Shown: piece by piece, positions 27,711 through 40,544 of the stretch
Numbering within the stretch: the first letter of the stretch is position 1
Layout: each line of letters begins with the position of its first letter
Origin: an uncultured Spirochaetota bacterium
Lineage (GTDB): Bacteria > Spirochaetota > Spirochaetia > SZUA-6 > Fen-1364
Direction: 5' to 3'
Length of the DNA: 64,000 bases
Assembly (NCBI GenBank): GCA_963820525.1
Contig: CAWGAA010000002.1
Coordinates: 352,001-416,000 of the forward strand
The notes under the pieces: generated by a model
What the model saw: only the letters and a program-made list of their open reading frames with translations
What the model was told of the DNA's origin: nothing
The model's database searches: none
Position numbers and translations under genes: made by a program

Positions 27711-30700
27711 ATGCGAAACCTTCAGGATTTCGATCACATACTCATCAAGCTCGCTTCTCCCGACCAGATCCGGGCGTGGTCGTACGGCGAGGTGAAGAAG
27801 CCGGAGACCATCAACTACCGGACCCTCAGGCCGGAGAAGGACGGGCTGTTCTGCGAGCGGATCTTCGGCACCACCAAGGAATGGGAGTGCTACTGCGGGA
27901 AGTTCAAGTCGATCCGCTACAAGGGAGTCATCTGCGACCGCTGCGGCGTGGAAGTGACGCACTTCAAGGTCCGCCGCGAGCGCATGGGGCACATCGAGCT
28001 TGCGGCTCCCGTGGCCCACATCTGGTACTACAGATCGGTGCCCTCCCGCATCGGGCTCTTCCTGGACCTTCCCATCGTGGCGCTGCGCTCAATTCTCTTC
28101 TATGAGAAATACATCGTCATAGATCCGGGCGACACGGAGCTGAAGAAGATGCAGATCCTCACGGAGGAGGAGTACCTGGAGGCGCGCGAGCGCTACGGCA
28201 TGTCCTTCACCGCCGGGATGGGAGCCGAGGCCGTGCGCACCCTGCTGGAGGCCGTCGACATCGACAGCCTGGCGGAGGAGCTTCGCCGCAAGATGATCGA
28301 CAAGGGAGCCAAGGCGGACAAGAGGCTCTTGAAGAGAATCGAGCTTGTGGAGAAGTTCCGGGCTTCCACCAACAAGCCGGAGTGGATGATCCTGGAGGTC
28401 ATCCCCGTGATCCCGCCCGAGCTTCGCCCCATGGTCCAGCTCGACGGCGGACGTTTCGCCACGTCGGACCTCAACGACCTGTACCGCCGGGTGATCAACA
28501 GGAACAACCGCTTGAAGAGGCTCCTCGCGCTTTCCGCCCCGGACATCATCATCAGGAACGAGAAGAGGATGCTCCAGGAGGCGGTGGACGCGCTGTTCGA
28601 CAACTCGAAGAAGAAGAGGGTTGTGAAGGGCGCGGCCAACAGGCCGCTGAAGTCCCTCTCCGACATGCTGAAGGGCAAGCAGGGACGCTTCCGCCAGAAC
28701 CTCCTGGGAAAGCGCGTCGACTATTCGGGACGCTCCGTCATCGTCGTTGGACCCGAGCTCAAGCTGCACCAGTGCGGCCTGCCCTCCAAGATGGCCCTGG
28801 AGCTCTTCAAGCCCTTCATCATGAGGAAGCTCGTCCAGAAGGACGTGGTCTACAACATCAAGAAGGCCAAGACCCTCGTGGAGCAGGAGAGCGCAGAGGT
28901 CTGGGCGGTGCTCGAGGAGGTGGTTCAGGAGCACCCCGTCATGCTGAACAGGGCTCCCACCCTCCACCGCCTCGGCATCCAGGCATTCGAGCCCATTTTG
29001 GTTGAAGGAAAGGCGATCAAGCTCCATCCCCTGGTCTGCCACGCCTTCAATGCGGATTTCGACGGAGACCAGATGGCGGTGCACGTGCCGCTGACACCCG
29101 AGGCACAGACCGAGTGCTGGACGCTTCTGCTTTCCGCCAAAAACCTCTTGAACCCCGCCAACGGGCACCCCATCGCGGTTCCCACCCAGGACATGGTGCT
29201 GGGGATCAACTACCTCACCCGCGAGAGGAAGGGAGCCAAGGGCGAGGGCAAGCATTTCTCGTCCCCCGAGGAGGTCATCCTGGCCGTGGATGCAAAGGGC
29301 GTCGACTACCAGGCGGCGGTCAAGGTGAAACGGGAAGGCACGTGGATCGACACAACCCCCGGCCGGATCATCCTCAATGACAACATTCCCCAGAATATGG
29401 GGTTCCTCAACTACTCCATGGGAGAGAAGGAGCTGTTGAACCTCATCGCCGTCTGCTACAAGGAGCAGGGCCCGGCCGTGACCGTCAAGATGCTGGACGC
29501 GGTGAAGGATCTCGGCTTCAAGTACGCCACCCGCTTCGGCGCCACGATCGGAATGGACGACATCGTCATCCCCGAGGCCAAGCGTGAGCTCATCAAGGAC
29601 GCCAACCAGAAGGTGGACGAGATCCAGCGCCAGTACCTCCAGGGCCACATCACCAATGAGGAGCGCTACAACCGGGTCATCGAGGTGTGGAGCACCACCA
29701 ACGAGCTCATCACCAACGAGCTCATGGACGAGCTTCGAAAGGACAAGGAAGGCTTCAACCCCGTGTTCATGATGGCCAACTCGGGGGCCCGCGGAAGCAG
29801 GAGCCAGATCCGCCAGCTCGCCGGGATGCGCGGCCTCATGGCCAAGCCGTCGGGCGACATCATCGAGCTTCCCATCCGCTCCAATTTCAAGGAGGGGCTC
29901 TCCGTCATCGAGTTCTTCATCTCCACCAACGGCGCGCGGAAAGGCTTGGCGGACACCGCCTTGAAGACCGCTGATGCCGGCTACCTCACGCGGCGCCTCG
30001 TGGATATCGCCCAGGACGTGGTGGTGAGCGAGGAGGACTGCGGCACCATCAACGGAATCGACCGCCGCGCCATCAAGGACGGGGAGGACATCGTCGAGCG
30101 CCTCAAGGACCGCGTCCAGGGAAGGTTCGTGCTGGAGAGGATCAAGCACCCCATCACGGGAGAGATCATCGTCGACGTCAACCAGGAAATCACCGACGAA
30201 ATCGGGGATGCCATCGAGGAGGCGGGAATCGAGAGCGTGCGGATCCGCTCGGTCCTGACCTGCGACTCGAAGTACGGGGTGTGCGCCAAGTGCTACGGGC
30301 GAAACCTCGCCACCTACAAGCCCGTGGAGATCGGGGAGGCGGTGGGCATCATCGCGGCCCAGTCCATCGGCCAGCCCGGCACCCAGCTCACGATGAGGAC
30401 GTTCCACATCGGAGGGGCGGCCACCAAGATCTCCGAGGAGAACAGGATCTACCTCAAGTACCCGGTCTGGGTGGAATCCATCCAGGGCACCACGGTGAAG
30501 CTGGACAACGGCAACATGCTCTTTACCCGCAAGGGAAGCCTCTCCGTGCACAAGATCCTCGCCAGCTACGATCTGCAGAAGGGCGACAAGGTCCTGGTCA
30601 AGGACGGCCAGAGGCTGACGAAGCACGGCCCCGAGCCGATCATCCAGAGAAAGGGCGAGACGATCGAGAGCAAGGAGATCTGCTACGTGAAGCTCCTGCC

Positions 30701-31973
30701 CAGCAAGCTGCTCCTCATCGCCCAGGCCCAGCGCATCGACATCAGAAACGGCGCCGAGCTCTCCGTGAAGGAGAAGGACGGCGTGCCCGCCGAGGAGACG
30801 ATCGCCTTCTTCGACCCGTTCAGCGAGCCCATCATCTCCGAGGCGAGCGGAACCATCCGCTTCCACGACATCGTGCTGGGCACCACCCTGAAGGAAGAGG
30901 TGAACGAGGACACGGGCAAGATCGAAAAAAAGATCGCCGACTATTCCCTGGAGAGCCTCCAGCCCCGCATCACCATCGAGAACGACCAGGGAGAGGAGCT
31001 CGCCGGCTACTTCATCCCCGGAAACGCCTACCTCAACATCGAGGACGGGGAAAAGGTGAAGGCGGGCCGCATCATCGCCAAGCTGCTTCGGGAAAGCGTC
31101 AAGACCAGCGACATCACGGGAGGGCTTCCCCGCGTCGGCGAGCTGTTCGAGGCCCGCCGGCCCAAGAACCCCGCGGTGCTGGCAAAGGTGAGCGGGATCG
31201 TCTCGTTCAAGGGAATCGTGAAGGGCAAGCGCGTGATCGTGGTCACCGACCCCTTCGATCGCGAGTTCAAGCACCTCGTTCCCATGGGCAAGCACCTTCT
31301 GGTGCGCGAGGCCGACGAGGTGGGGGCCGGAGACCCGTTGTGCGACGGCGCCGTGGACCCCCACGACATCCTGCAGATCCTCGGAGAGAACGACCTGCAC
31401 GGCTACCTCCTGAACGAGATCCAGGAGGTCTACCGGCTGCAGGGCGTGCGGATCAACGACAAGCACATCGGCGTCATCGTCCGCCAGATGATGAAGAAGG
31501 TGGAGATCGTCGACGTGGGCGATACCAATTTCATCTACGGCCAGCAGGTGGACCGCTACAAGTTCCACGAAGAGAACAAGAAGGTCATCCGCGAGGGAGG
31601 CCAGCCCGCCGTGGCGCGGCCAATCCTGCTGGGGATCACGCGCGTTTCGCTGAACATCGACTCTTGGCTGTCGGCCGCCTCCTTCCAGGAGACCACCCGC
31701 GTGCTCACCAACGCCTCCATCTCGGGTTCCGTGGATCACCTGCGCGGCCTGAAGGAGAATGTGATCATCGGGCACCTCATTCCCGCGGGGACCGGCATGA
31801 AGAAATATCGCGAGATCAAGCTGTTCGACGAGAACATGGAAGACCTCGATATCTCGATCAACAAGATCATCGAGGAGAAGAAGAAGGAGCGCGAACTGAA
31901 GGCGATGATCGAGGCTGAAAAGGTGGTGACGGCTCCCACGCCGGAGAGCCTCCTTTCCACGGGAGTGGAATGA
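27711..31973 (+). CDS. rpoC: DNA-directed RNA polymerase subunit beta'
   Basis: [16 protein letters not shown], catalytic [17 protein letters not shown]; start re-set to ATG 27711 (GGAGG). Confidence 0.99.
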   Translation: MRNLQDFDHILIKLASPDQIRAWSYGEVKKPETINYRTLRPEKDGLFCERIFGTTKEWECYCGKFKSIRYKGVICDRCGVEVTHFKVRRERMGHIELAAPVAHIWYYRSVPSRIGLFLDLPIVALRSILFYEKYIVIDPGDTELKKMQILTEEEYLEARERYGMSFTAGMGAEAVRTLLEAVDIDSLAEELRRKMIDKGAKADKRLLKRIELVEKFRASTNKPEWMILEVIPVIPPELRPMVQLDGGRFATSDLNDLYRRVINRNNRLKRLLALSAPDIIIRNEKRMLQEAVDALFDNSKKKRVVKGAANRPLKSLSDMLKGKQGRFRQNLLGKRVDYSGRSVIVVGPELKLHQCGLPSKMALELFKPFIMRKLVQKDVVYNIKKAKTLVEQESAEVWAVLEEVVQEHPVMLNRAPTLHRLGIQAFEPILVEGKAIKLHPLVCHAFNADFDGDQMAVHVPLTPEAQTECWTLLLSAKNLLNPANGHPIAVPTQDMVLGINYLTRERKGAKGEGKHFSSPEEVILAVDAKGVDYQAAVKVKREGTWIDTTPGRIILNDNIPQNMGFLNYSMGEKELLNLIAVCYKEQGPAVTVKMLDAVKDLGFKYATRFGATIGMDDIVIPEAKRELIKDANQKVDEIQRQYLQGHITNEERYNRVIEVWSTTNELITNELMDELRKDKEGFNPVFMMANSGARGSRSQIRQLAGMRGLMAKPSGDIIELPIRSNFKEGLSVIEFFISTNGARKGLADTALKTADAGYLTRRLVDIAQDVVVSEEDCGTINGIDRRAIKDGEDIVERLKDRVQGRFVLERIKHPITGEIIVDVNQEITDEIGDAIEEAGIESVRIRSVLTCDSKYGVCAKCYGRNLATYKPVEIGEAVGIIAAQSIGQPGTQLTMRTFHIGGAATKISEENRIYLKYPVWVESIQGTTVKLDNGNMLFTRKGSLSVHKILASYDLQKGDKVLVKDGQRLTKHGPEPIIQRKGETIESKEICYVKLLPSKLLLIAQAQRIDIRNGAELSVKEKDGVPAEETIAFFDPFSEPIISEASGTIRFHDIVLGTTLKEEVNEDTGKIEKKIADYSLESLQPRITIENDQGEELAGYFIPGNAYLNIEDGEKVKAGRIIAKLLRESVKTSDITGGLPRVGELFEARRPKNPAVLAKVSGIVSFKGIVKGKRVIVVTDPFDREFKHLVPMGKHLLVREADEVGAGDPLCDGAVDPHDILQILGENDLHGYLLNEIQEVYRLQGVRINDKHIGVIVRQMMKKVEIVDVGDTNFIYGQQVDRYKFHEENKKVIREGGQPAVARPILLGITRVSLNIDSWLSAASFQETTRVLTNASISGSVDHLRGLKENVIIGHLIPAGTGMKKYREIKLFDENMEDLDISINKIIEEKKKERELKAMIEAEKVVTAPTPESLLSTGVE

Positions 31974-32273
31974 TTCGCCGGCCCGATTGCTTCGCTTTTT
32001 GCGGACTGATCGGGGGGATTGATTATTGAGCCGAGATCGGCTACTCTGTAGCAGTTCTGATGGGAGGGGACTGGCGGAAGGGATAGTGACCGCCGGTCCT
32101 AGGGTTATCGCCGCTCCCGGCGAGTCTGCGTGGAAGGAAAGGGGAGCGGGACGCAGCCCTGGGGTTCCAGTGGTACTGGAGTGCCGGATGGCAAATCTCG
32201 GCACAGCGGGCTGGAAGACCGACTAAAAGGGCAGACAGATACTCCAGATCCCCAGATTCGGAAGAAGAGGGGA

Positions 32274-32302
32274 TTGACTTTTTTTTTGTGCGGTATTACT
32301 TT
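32274..32302 (+). promoter_or_regulatory. sigma70 promoter of the str operon
   Basis: TTGACT, 17 nt, TACTTT followed by a GC-rich discriminator-like stretch. Confidence 0.65.
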
Positions 32303-32420
32303 TGTTATCCGCACGCGCGCTAAAAATCGGGCAAAAAGAGGCATGGACGATACCTCCCGGCGGGGGGAGATATCCGGCCGTGACTCTTGGCGCCCAGCAG
32401 GAAGGTAATGGAAGAGGCTT

Positions 32421-32795
32421 ATGCCGACGATCAATCAGCTTGTACGCATGGGACGCAAGGCGATACACAAGAAGACCAAGTCCCCCGCCCTCCAGAACTG
32501 CCCCCAGAAACGGGGGGTCTGCACGCGCGTCATGACGGTGACGCCCAAGAAGCCGAACTCGGCTCTGCGCAAGGTTGCGCGCGTACGACTGACAAATGGA
32601 ATCGACGTTACGGCCTATATTCCGGGAATCGGGCATAACCTTCAGGAACACTCCGTCGTGCTGATCCGCGGCGGAAGGGTGAAGGACCTCCCCGGCGTTC
32701 GCTACCACATCATCCGGGGAGCCAAGGATACCCTTGGAGTCGAGGATCGCAAGAAGGCCCGCTCCAAGTACGGGACCAAGAGACCGAAGGCGTAG
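32421..32795 (+). CDS. rpsL: 30S ribosomal protein S12
   Basis: [32 protein letters not shown]. Confidence 0.99.
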   Translation: MPTINQLVRMGRKAIHKKTKSPALQNCPQKRGVCTRVMTVTPKKPNSALRKVARVRLTNGIDVTAYIPGIGHNLQEHSVVLIRGGRVKDLPGVRYHIIRGAKDTLGVEDRKKARSKYGTKRPKA

Positions 32796-32811
32796 GAGGA
32801 GAGGGAACGCA

Positions 32812-33285
32812 ATGCCGAGAGGGCAGCTGATTCGAAGAAAGAAGATTGTTCTTGATCCCCGGCATCATAATGCGGTCCTGGGAAAGTTCATGACGCGCAT
32901 GATGATCAGGGGCAAGAGGAGCGTTTCCTCGGGTATCCTCTACGATGCTCTCGAAATCATCCAGAAGAAGGTTGCCGGCAAGGATCCCGTCGAGGTTTTC
33001 CTCAAGGCGTTGGAGAACGTGAAGCCGGTGGTCGAGGTGAAGTCGCGCCGCGTGGGGGGCGCAACGCTTCAGGTGCCGGTCGAGATCCGGGAGGACAGGA
33101 GAGACGCGCTCGCCATGCGCTGGATCATTTCCTACTCGCGTGCGCGCCACGGGCGGACGATGGGAGACAAGCTCGCCGCCGAGATCGTTGACGCATTTAA
33201 CAACACGGGTTCCGCGGTCAAGAAAAAGGAAGACACCCACAAAATGGCGGAGGCGAACAAGGCGTTTGCCCATTACCGCTGGTAA
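32812..33285 (+). CDS. rpsG: 30S ribosomal protein S7
   Basis: [30 protein letters not shown]; start re-set to ATG 32812. Confidence 0.98.
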   Translation: MPRGQLIRRKKIVLDPRHHNAVLGKFMTRMMIRGKRSVSSGILYDALEIIQKKVAGKDPVEVFLKALENVKPVVEVKSRRVGGATLQVPVEIREDRRDALAMRWIISYSRARHGRTMGDKLAAEIVDAFNNTGSAVKKKEDTHKMAEANKAFAHYRW

Positions 33286-33308
33286 GCGGTAGGTGTCTTC
33301 CTAAAGCC

Positions 33309-35396
33309 ATGGAATCGCGTGTACCCCTGTCGTCGATCCGCAATATCGGGATAATGGCCCATATTGATGCCGGCAAGACGACGACGACGGAAAGGATTCT
33401 CTACTATACCGGCAGGACCCACAAGTTGGGCGAAGTCCATGACGGCGAAGCCAAGATGGACTGGATGGAGCTTGAAAAAGAGCGCGGCATCACCATTACG
33501 GCGGCCGCGACCTTTTGCACCTGGCGGGGTGTGCAGATCAACATCATCGACACCCCGGGCCACGTCGACTTCACGGTCGAGGTGGAACGATCTTTGAGAG
33601 TATTAGACGGAGCGATCGGAGTCTTCTGCGCCGTTGCGGGCGTGGAGCCTCAGAGCGAGACCGTGTGGAAGCAGGCCAACCGTTACGAAGTACCGCGCCT
33701 GGCGTTCATCAACAAGATGGACCGGGTGGGGGCGCGCTTCTCCGAGGTCGTGCAGGAAATGCACACCAAGCTGGGAGCCAACGCCATCCCCATACAGCTT
33801 CCCATAGGAGCCGAGGCCGATTTCATGGGCGTGGTGGACCTGGTGGGGATGAAGGCCCTGGTCTGGGACGAGGACACGCTGGGCGCCCACTACCGCGAGG
33901 AGGAGATCCCCGCGGACATGGCGGCCGACGCCCAGAGGGCACGCATATTCCTCCTGGAAAAGCTCTCCGAGGTGGACGACGCCTTCATGGCCGAGTACCT
34001 GGAGGGCAATGAGATCCCGCAAGAGGCGGTCAAGGCCGTATTACGGAAGGCCGTTGTCCTGGGCAAGGTGTTCCCCGTTCTCTGTGGAACGGCCTTCAAG
34101 AATAAGGGGATACAACCCCTCCTGGACGCCGTGGTCGACTACCTGCCTTCCCCAATGGACATCTCCCCCGCGACGGGCATGGTCCCCGAGACGGGAGACT
34201 ACGTGGAGAAGCCGCCGGTGGACAGCGAGCCCTTTGCGGCGCTGGCTTTCAAGATCATGACCGACCCGTACGTGGGCAAGCTCACCTTCTTCCGCGTGTA
34301 CTCCGGGTCCTTGAGATCCGGCTCGTACATCTACAACGCGACCGCGGACAAGCGGGAGCGGGTGGCGCGGCTTCTTCGGATGCACGCCAACGAGCGGGAG
34401 GAGATCAAGGAGGTCAACCCCGGCGACATAGCCGCCGCCGTGGGATTGAAGAAGACGACGACGGGAGACACCCTCTGCGACGAGGATCATCTGGTGATAC
34501 TCGAGAGCATGGTGTTCCCCGATCCGGTCGTGTCCGTCGCCATCGAGCCGAAGACCAAGGCGGACGAGGAAAAGCTCGTCAGCGCCCTCACCAAGCTCTC
34601 CGAGGAGGATCCGACCTTCAAGATCCGCTACGACAGGGAGACGGGGCAGACGATCATCTGGGGCATGGGCGAGCTCCACCTGGAGGTCCTCGTTGAAAGG
34701 GCCTTCCGGGAGTTCAGCGTGGCCGCCAACGTCGGCAGGCCGGAAGTGGCGTTCCGCGAGACGATCACCCAGTCGGCGGAAGCCGAGGGGAAGTTCATCA
34801 AGCAGACCGGAGGCCACGGACAGTACGGGCACGTGATCATGTCCTTCGAGCCGCTTCCTCCGGGAACCGGGTTCGCCTTCGAGAACAAGGTCATGGGCGG
34901 CCGGGTTCCGCGGGAGTACATCCCCGCGGTGGAGAAGGGGGTCCGCGAGGCCATGGAGAACGGAGTGCTCGCCGGCTATCCCATGGTGGACTTCCGGGCG
35001 ACGCTCCTGGACGGTTCGTACCACGACGTGGATTCGAGCGAGCTCGCGTTCAAGGTCGCGGCTTCGATGGCATACAAGGCGGGGCTTGCAAAAGCCAAAC
35101 CGACTATCCTTGAGCCGATCATGGCTGTGGAGTGCGCCAGTCCTGAAGAGTACCTCGGAGATGTCATCTCCGACTTCAGCGCGCGCATGGGTCACGTGGA
35201 AGGAATAGAGGATCGGCATGGGAGTAAGGTGGTGAAGGCCCTCGTACCCTTACGGTCGATGTTCGGGTACACAACCTCACTTCGCTCGATGACCAAAGGT
35301 CGAGCCACCCACACCATGCAATTCTCCCACTACCAGGAGACCCCTCGATCGATCCAGGAGGAGCTGGTCGAAAAGGTCCGCGGCTCGAAGAAATAG
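33309..35396 (+). CDS. fusA: Elongation factor G
   Basis: [46 protein letters not shown]. Confidence 0.98.
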   Translation: MESRVPLSSIRNIGIMAHIDAGKTTTTERILYYTGRTHKLGEVHDGEAKMDWMELEKERGITITAAATFCTWRGVQINIIDTPGHVDFTVEVERSLRVLDGAIGVFCAVAGVEPQSETVWKQANRYEVPRLAFINKMDRVGARFSEVVQEMHTKLGANAIPIQLPIGAEADFMGVVDLVGMKALVWDEDTLGAHYREEEIPADMAADAQRARIFLLEKLSEVDDAFMAEYLEGNEIPQEAVKAVLRKAVVLGKVFPVLCGTAFKNKGIQPLLDAVVDYLPSPMDISPATGMVPETGDYVEKPPVDSEPFAALAFKIMTDPYVGKLTFFRVYSGSLRSGSYIYNATADKRERVARLLRMHANEREEIKEVNPGDIAAAVGLKKTTTGDTLCDEDHLVILESMVFPDPVVSVAIEPKTKADEEKLVSALTKLSEEDPTFKIRYDRETGQTIIWGMGELHLEVLVERAFREFSVAANVGRPEVAFRETITQSAEAEGKFIKQTGGHGQYGHVIMSFEPLPPGTGFAFENKVMGGRVPREYIPAVEKGVREAMENGVLAGYPMVDFRATLLDGSYHDVDSSELAFKVAASMAYKAGLAKAKPTILEPIMAVECASPEEYLGDVISDFSARMGHVEGIEDRHGSKVVKALVPLRSMFGYTTSLRSMTKGRATHTMQFSHYQETPRSIQEELVEKVRGSKK

Positions 35397-35532
35397 AGCG
35401 CGGGCCCTCGTGATCCAGGCGCCGGGAGGCGCGTGGATCTGACAGGGGATTTTCGCTCGGACGCGCAGCGGCGCGCGCGGGCGCTGACGCTAGGGACAGA
35501 GCAGACGTCAATAGCTTTCAAGGAGGAGCTGT

Positions 35533-36726
35533 ATGGCGAAGGAGAAATTCGTACGGTCGAAGCCTCATATCAACGTGGGGACCATCGGTCACATCGACCA
35601 TGGAAAGACAACCCTCACGGCTGCCATCACCATGTACTGCAACAAGAAGTTCGGTGACAAGCTGATGAAGTATGAGGACATCGATAATGCCCCGGAAGAG
35701 AAGGCGCGGGGTATCACGATCAACACGCGGCACGTCGAGTACCAGTCGGAGAAGCGCCACTACGCCCACATCGACTGCCCGGGGCACGCGGACTATATCA
35801 AGAACATGATCACGGGCGCGGCCCAGATGGACGGCGCCGTGCTTGTCGTTTCCGCCCCGGACTCGGTCATGCCCCAGACCCGCGAGCATATCCTCCTGGC
35901 CCGCCAGGTCGGCGTGCCCGCCATCATCGTGTTCCTCAACAAGGTGGACATGGTGGACGATCCGGAGCTGATCGAGCTTGTCGAGGTGGAGATCCGCGAC
36001 GTTCTGAAGTTCTACAACTTCCCGGGGGACAAGATCCCCATCGTCAAGGGATCTGCCCTGAAGGCAATGGAGCATCCCGAGGTGGAAGAGAACGTCAAGT
36101 GCATCAAGGAGCTTCTCACCACCATGGACGAGTATTTCCCGATCCCCGTGCGCCCCGTTGAAAAGCCGTTCCTGATGCCCATCGAGGACGTGTTCTCCAT
36201 CTCCGGCCGCGGCACGGTCGTCACCGGGAGAGTCGGGACGGGCGTCGTGCACATCGGCGACGAGTGCGAGATCGTCGGGATCAAGGATACCAGGAAGACC
36301 GTCGTGACCGGCGTCGAGATGTTCAACAAGACCCTCGATGAAGGGCAGGCGGGAGACAACATCGGAACCCTCCTGCGCGGAATTGAAAAGAACGAGGTCG
36401 AGCGCGGCCAGGTTCTGGCCAAGCCGGGCAGCATCACCCCGCACAAGAAGTTCAAGTGCCAGATGATCGCGCTCACGAAGGAAGAGGGCGGAAGGCACTC
36501 TCCCTTCTTCACCGGCTATCGGCCCCAGTTCTATTTCCGCACCACGGACGTCACGGCTTCCGTCACGCTTCCGGAGGGCAAGCAGATGGTCATGCCGGGC
36601 GACAACGTCGACGGCATCATCGTGGAGCTGATCTACCCCATCGCCATGGACAAGGGGCTTCAGTTCGCCATCCGCGAAGGTGGAAAGACCGTCGGCGCCG
36701 GGGTTGTCACGGAGATCATCGAGTAA
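35533..36726 (+). CDS. tuf: Elongation factor Tu
   Basis: [36 protein letters not shown]. Confidence 0.99.
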   Translation: MAKEKFVRSKPHINVGTIGHIDHGKTTLTAAITMYCNKKFGDKLMKYEDIDNAPEEKARGITINTRHVEYQSEKRHYAHIDCPGHADYIKNMITGAAQMDGAVLVVSAPDSVMPQTREHILLARQVGVPAIIVFLNKVDMVDDPELIELVEVEIRDVLKFYNFPGDKIPIVKGSALKAMEHPEVEENVKCIKELLTTMDEYFPIPVRPVEKPFLMPIEDVFSISGRGTVVTGRVGTGVVHIGDECEIVGIKDTRKTVVTGVEMFNKTLDEGQAGDNIGTLLRGIEKNEVERGQVLAKPGSITPHKKFKCQMIALTKEEGGRHSPFFTGYRPQFYFRTTDVTASVTLPEGKQMVMPGDNVDGIIVELIYPIAMDKGLQFAIREGGKTVGAGVVTEIIE

Positions 36727-36859
36727 GTACGGACCGGGGGTCGGCCTTGCGGCATGCGGCATATCGCCGCGGGCTTCCGCAGCGCCGCAGGGCATGAAAG
36801 CGACGAGCCCGTCGCGCTTTGCGCGCGGGACGCCGCCGGGCGAGGAATGGGAGAGTCAC

Positions 36860-37168
36860 ATGGCTAGGGAAAGGATCCGCGTACGCCTGAGAGGGTTCGA
36901 CGTGGAACTCATCGATCAAAGCGCGAAGTCGATCGTGCAGACCGTCTTGAAGGCGGGCTCGAAGGTGTCGGGGCCCATACCGCTGCCGATGAAGATCAAC
37001 AAATTCACGGTCCTGCGGTCTCCCCACGTGCACAAGAAGAGCCGCGAGCAATTCGAGATGCGCACCCATAAGAGGCTCATCGACATCCTCGAACCGACTC
37101 CCGCGGTCATGGACGCCCTGATGCGCCTCGAGCTCCCAGCAGGCGTGGACGTCGAGATCAAGCAGTGA
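36860..37168 (+). CDS. rpsJ: 30S ribosomal protein S10
   Basis: [30 protein letters not shown]; start re-set to ATG 36860. Confidence 0.98.
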   Translation: MARERIRVRLRGFDVELIDQSAKSIVQTVLKAGSKVSGPIPLPMKINKFTVLRSPHVHKKSREQFEMRTHKRLIDILEPTPAVMDALMRLELPAGVDVEIKQ

Positions 37169-37178
37169 GGCAGATGGA

Positions 37179-37796
37179 ATGCTCGCGCTAATCGGCAGAA
37201 AAATCGGCATGACCCAGCTCTTCAATGAAGAGGGCATGCGCGTACCCCTCAGTGTCGTCGAGGTCGAGCCGAACACGGTGGTCCAGGAGCGAACGCCGGA
37301 GAAGAACGGCTACAAGGCCATGGTCATCGGCGTGGAAGCCCTCAAGAAATCACGCATCAAGAAGCCCTACGCGGGTCAGTTCCCGCAGGCGAGCGATCCG
37401 ACGCGGTTCCTCATGGAGTTCAAGGACTTCGACAAGGAATGCAAGGTGGGCGACAAGCTCGGCGTGGAGATCTTCGAGGGGGTGAGTTTCGTGGACGTGC
37501 GCGGCACCACGAAGGGAAAGGGGTTCCAGGGCGTCGTGCGCAGGCACGGCTTCCAGGGAGGCCCCGGGGCGCACGGCTCGAAGTTCCACAGGGAAATGGG
37601 ATCCGTGGGAACCGGAGCCTTCAGGAAGATCATCAAGGGCTCCCGGATGCCGGGCCACATGGGCGCGGCCCGTCTCACCGTGCAGAACCTGAGGCTCTTC
37701 AAGATCGACGCGGAAAAGCGGCTCCTCCTCATCAGGGGCGCCATCCCCGGGCGGCGCGGCGGCATGGTCGTCGTGTTGAAGGCCGTCAAGAAGTAG
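37179..37796 (+). CDS. rplC: 50S ribosomal protein L3
   Basis: [31 protein letters not shown]. Confidence 0.98.
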   Translation: MLALIGRKIGMTQLFNEEGMRVPLSVVEVEPNTVVQERTPEKNGYKAMVIGVEALKKSRIKKPYAGQFPQASDPTRFLMEFKDFDKECKVGDKLGVEIFEGVSFVDVRGTTKGKGFQGVVRRHGFQGGPGAHGSKFHREMGSVGTGAFRKIIKGSRMPGHMGAARLTVQNLRLFKIDAEKRLLLIRGAIPGRRGGMVVVLKAVKK

Positions 37797-37808
37797 GGGA
37801 GGGCAGGT

Positions 37809-38675
37809 ATGAAGAGTCAGGTTTACGGATTGGATGGAAACGCGGCTGGGGAGATCGAGCTCGCCGACGAGGTGTTCAACCGCGAGGTGAGCGAGGGCTC
37901 CATCTACCACGCCATCAGAAACGAGGCCGCAAACCGCAGGGTGGGGACCGCTTCCATCAAGGATCGCGGCGAGGTCCAGGGCAGCGGCAAGAAGCCCTGG
38001 AAGCAGAAGGGCACCGGCCGCGCCCGCGCGGGGCACAAGAGGTCTCCCATATGGGTCGGCGGAGGAAAGGTCTTCGGGCCGAAGCCCCGGGACTACGGCT
38101 ACAGCCTCCCGCGCAAGGTGAAGAGGCTCGCCATCAAGTCCATTCTTTCCTTGAAAAATAAGAGCGACGCCTTGAAGGTTGTGACGGACTTCTCCGTGGA
38201 GAGCGGCAAGACCAAGGATCTCGTCACCAGCCTCAAGAAGCTCGCCGCGGAGGAGAGGACCGTCATCATCCTCAAGGATGACGACGCCATGATGCGGAGG
38301 GCCGGACGCAACGTTCCCTGGCTCAACCTCCTCAGCTACAACCGCCTCGAGGCGCATGACCTGTTCTACGCCAGGAAGCTCCTCCTTCTCGAGACGGCGG
38401 CACTGAAGCTGAATGATTTTTATCGCGACGCCGAAGGCGGAGCGAAGCGCGCTCGAGGCAGGGCTGAGAGCGCGCATGAGGAGGCCGCATCCGGCGGGGC
38501 CGCCGCGGGCGGCGCGACTCGCGTGCGACGCGAGGCCAAGAAAGCGTCCGCCAAAGCTGCGGGCAAGGCAAAGAGCGCGCCAAAGGCGAAAGCCGCGAAG
38601 GCGCCCGCCAAGGCCGCCGGCAAGCCCAAGAGCTCGCCCAAGGCGAAGGACGACAAGAAGGGGGCCAAGGAATGA
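37809..38675 (+). CDS. rplD: 50S ribosomal protein L4 with 83-aa Ala/Lys-rich C-terminal extension
   Basis: KKPWKQKGTGRARAG, SPIWVGGG, FGPKPRDY. Confidence 0.97.
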   Translation: MKSQVYGLDGNAAGEIELADEVFNREVSEGSIYHAIRNEAANRRVGTASIKDRGEVQGSGKKPWKQKGTGRARAGHKRSPIWVGGGKVFGPKPRDYGYSLPRKVKRLAIKSILSLKNKSDALKVVTDFSVESGKTKDLVTSLKKLAAEERTVIILKDDDAMMRRAGRNVPWLNLLSYNRLEAHDLFYARKLLLLETAALKLNDFYRDAEGGAKRARGRAESAHEEAASGGAAAGGATRVRREAKKASAKAAGKAKSAPKAKAAKAPAKAAGKPKSSPKAKDDKKGAKE

Positions 38676-38956
38676 CCCTTGAGCGGATCGTGATCGCGCC
38701 GGTTGTCACGGAGAAGACGAACATCATGAGGGAGAGCCACAAGTACGTTTTCCGCGTGGACAGCCGGGCCAATAAATTCCAGATCATGAAGGCGGTGCGC
38801 GACCTGTACGGAGTTCACCCCCTCGCGTGCAACATCATCAACATCACGCCCAAGCCAAAGAGGGTCCGCTACCGCGAGGGCTATACCTCCGCGTGGAAGA
38901 AGGCGATCGTGACGCTTTCCCGCGAGGAGAAAATCGCCGTCTTCGAAGGCGTGTAG
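38672..38956 (+). CDS. rplW: 50S ribosomal protein L23
   Basis: PVVTEKT, YVFRVDSRANK, WKKAIVTL. Confidence 0.97.
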   Translation: MTLERIVIAPVVTEKTNIMRESHKYVFRVDSRANKFQIMKAVRDLYGVHPLACNIINITPKPKRVRYREGYTSAWKKAIVTLSREEKIAVFEGV

Positions 38957-38977
38957 GTGAGAGAGGAATAAACAGCC

Positions 38978-39802
38978 GTGGGTATCAAGAAATACAGGCC
39001 GCTCACCCCGGGATTGCGCTTCAAAACGAGCCTCACTTTCAATGAGATCACGAAGAAGACGCCCGAGAAGGCCCTCAGCAGGGGAAAGCCGAAGAACGCG
39101 GGCAGGGGCGCGGGCGGACGCATCAGCGTACGCAGGAAGGGCGGGGGGCATAAGCGCAGGTACCGACAGGTCGATTTCCGCCGCGACAAGATCGGCATCC
39201 CCGCGAAGGTCGCTGCGATCGAGTATGACCCCAACAGGAGCAGCCTCATAGCGCTTCTCGTCTACAAGGACGGCGAAAAAAGGTACATCCTCGCCCCTGA
39301 AGGCCTCACCGTCGGAAAGAGCGTGGTGAGCGGCCCCGATGCTTCCTTCGACGTGGGAAATACTCTTCCCTTGGAGAAGATCCCCCTCGGGATGATGATC
39401 CACAACATCGAGCTGAACCTCGGCAGGGGCGGCCAGATGGCCCGCTCCGCCGGAACGAGCGCCACCATCGTCGCCAAGGAAGGCAACTACGTCACCGTGC
39501 GGCTGCCCTCGGGCGAGATGCGCCAGGTGAACAAGAGATGCTCCGCCACCATCGGAGAGCTGGGCAACAAGGATCACATGAACGTCTCCCTGGGAAAGGC
39601 GGGACGCTCCCGGTGGCTGGGCAGACGCCCCAAGGTGCGCGGTACCGCGATGAACCCGGTGGACCATCCCCATGGCGGAGGCGAAGGAAAGACCAAGGGC
39701 GGGCGTCACCCCGTGAGTCCCTGGGGCCAGCCGACCAAGGGCTACAAGACGCGCAAGAAGCGCAACGTCTCCAGTCGCTTCATCGTGAAGAGAAGGAAAT
39801 AG
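38978..39802 (+). CDS. rplB: 50S ribosomal protein L2
   Basis: [33 protein letters not shown] start. Confidence 0.99.
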   Translation: MGIKKYRPLTPGLRFKTSLTFNEITKKTPEKALSRGKPKNAGRGAGGRISVRRKGGGHKRRYRQVDFRRDKIGIPAKVAAIEYDPNRSSLIALLVYKDGEKRYILAPEGLTVGKSVVSGPDASFDVGNTLPLEKIPLGMMIHNIELNLGRGGQMARSAGTSATIVAKEGNYVTVRLPSGEMRQVNKRCSATIGELGNKDHMNVSLGKAGRSRWLGRRPKVRGTAMNPVDHPHGGGEGKTKGGRHPVSPWGQPTKGYKTRKKRNVSSRFIVKRRK

Positions 39803-39813
39803 GGGGAGCGGAA

Positions 39814-40095
39814 GTGTCGCGATCGATCAAGAAGGGACCGTTCATCGCCAAGAGCCTTTACAAGCAGGTGGTGGACATGAACAAGAGCGGCGAGAAGAGG
39901 ATGGTGAAGACCTACTCCCGCTGCTCCACGATCATCCCCGAGATGGTCGGATACACGATCTCGGTGTACAACGGCAAGACCTTCGTGCCCGTGTACGTCA
40001 CCGAGAACCTCGTGGGCCACAAGCTGGGTGAGTTCTCCCCCACCCGGATCTTCCGCGGCCACTCCGGCTCGGACAAGAAGGTGGTGAAGAAATGA
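39814..40095 (+). CDS. rpsS: 30S ribosomal protein S19
   Basis: [25 protein letters not shown] start at 39814. Confidence 0.98.
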   Translation: MSRSIKKGPFIAKSLYKQVVDMNKSGEKRMVKTYSRCSTIIPEMVGYTISVYNGKTFVPVYVTENLVGHKLGEFSPTRIFRGHSGSDKKVVKK

Positions 40096-40544
40096 GCAAG
40101 GACCAGACAGCAGGCGCGGCGGACGCCAAGACACCGGCCAAGACGCCGGCCAAGACCGCCAGGCCCCCGCGGAAGACGGGCTTCCGCGCGAACGTCCCCT
40201 TCCTGCGGGTATCGCCCACCAAGGTCCGGCGGATCGCGGACCACCTCAGAAGGAAGCCGTACGTCGAGGCGATTGCCCTGCTGGACGTGCTGCCCCACAA
40301 GGGCGCGCGCCTGCTCAAGAAGGTGATCCAGTCCGCGGCGGCCAACGCCCTTGCCCAGAACAAGGCTCTCGACGAGCAGATGCTCTACATCAAGGAGCTC
40401 CTGATCGACGGGGGGCCGACAATGAAGCGCATGTGGGCCCGCGGGCGCGGCCGCGCCGACAGGCTCCTGAAGCGAAGCTGCCACATCTCGGTCATCGTGG
40501 ACGAGATCGGTCGGAAAGAGGTGACCAATGGGTCAGAAGGTTAA
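40092..40544 (+). CDS. rplV: 50S ribosomal protein L22 with N-terminal extension
   Basis: [35 protein letters not shown]. Confidence 0.97.
   Translation: MSKDQTAGAADAKTPAKTPAKTARPPRKTGFRANVPFLRVSPTKVRRIADHLRRKPYVEAIALLDVLPHKGARLLKKVIQSAAANALAQNKALDEQMLYIKELLIDGGPTMKRMWARGRGRADRLLKRSCHISVIVDEIGRKEVTNGSEG

Noticed and set aside
28089..32204. 1371-aa antisense ORF (also 23994-26096, 5449-7392 and many similar)
   Set aside because: Shadow ORFs opposite rpoC, rpoB and the helicase, produced by high-GC codon bias; no recognisable motifs.
32130..32230. c-di-GMP-I riboswitch-like words (GGAAA, GGGACGC, GGCAAA)
   Set aside because: Elements are in the wrong order and the P1/P2 pairing cannot be built.
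35086..35110. Internal tuf promoter inside fusA (TTGCAA...TATCCT)
   Set aside because: Only 13 nt between the boxes, so not supportable.
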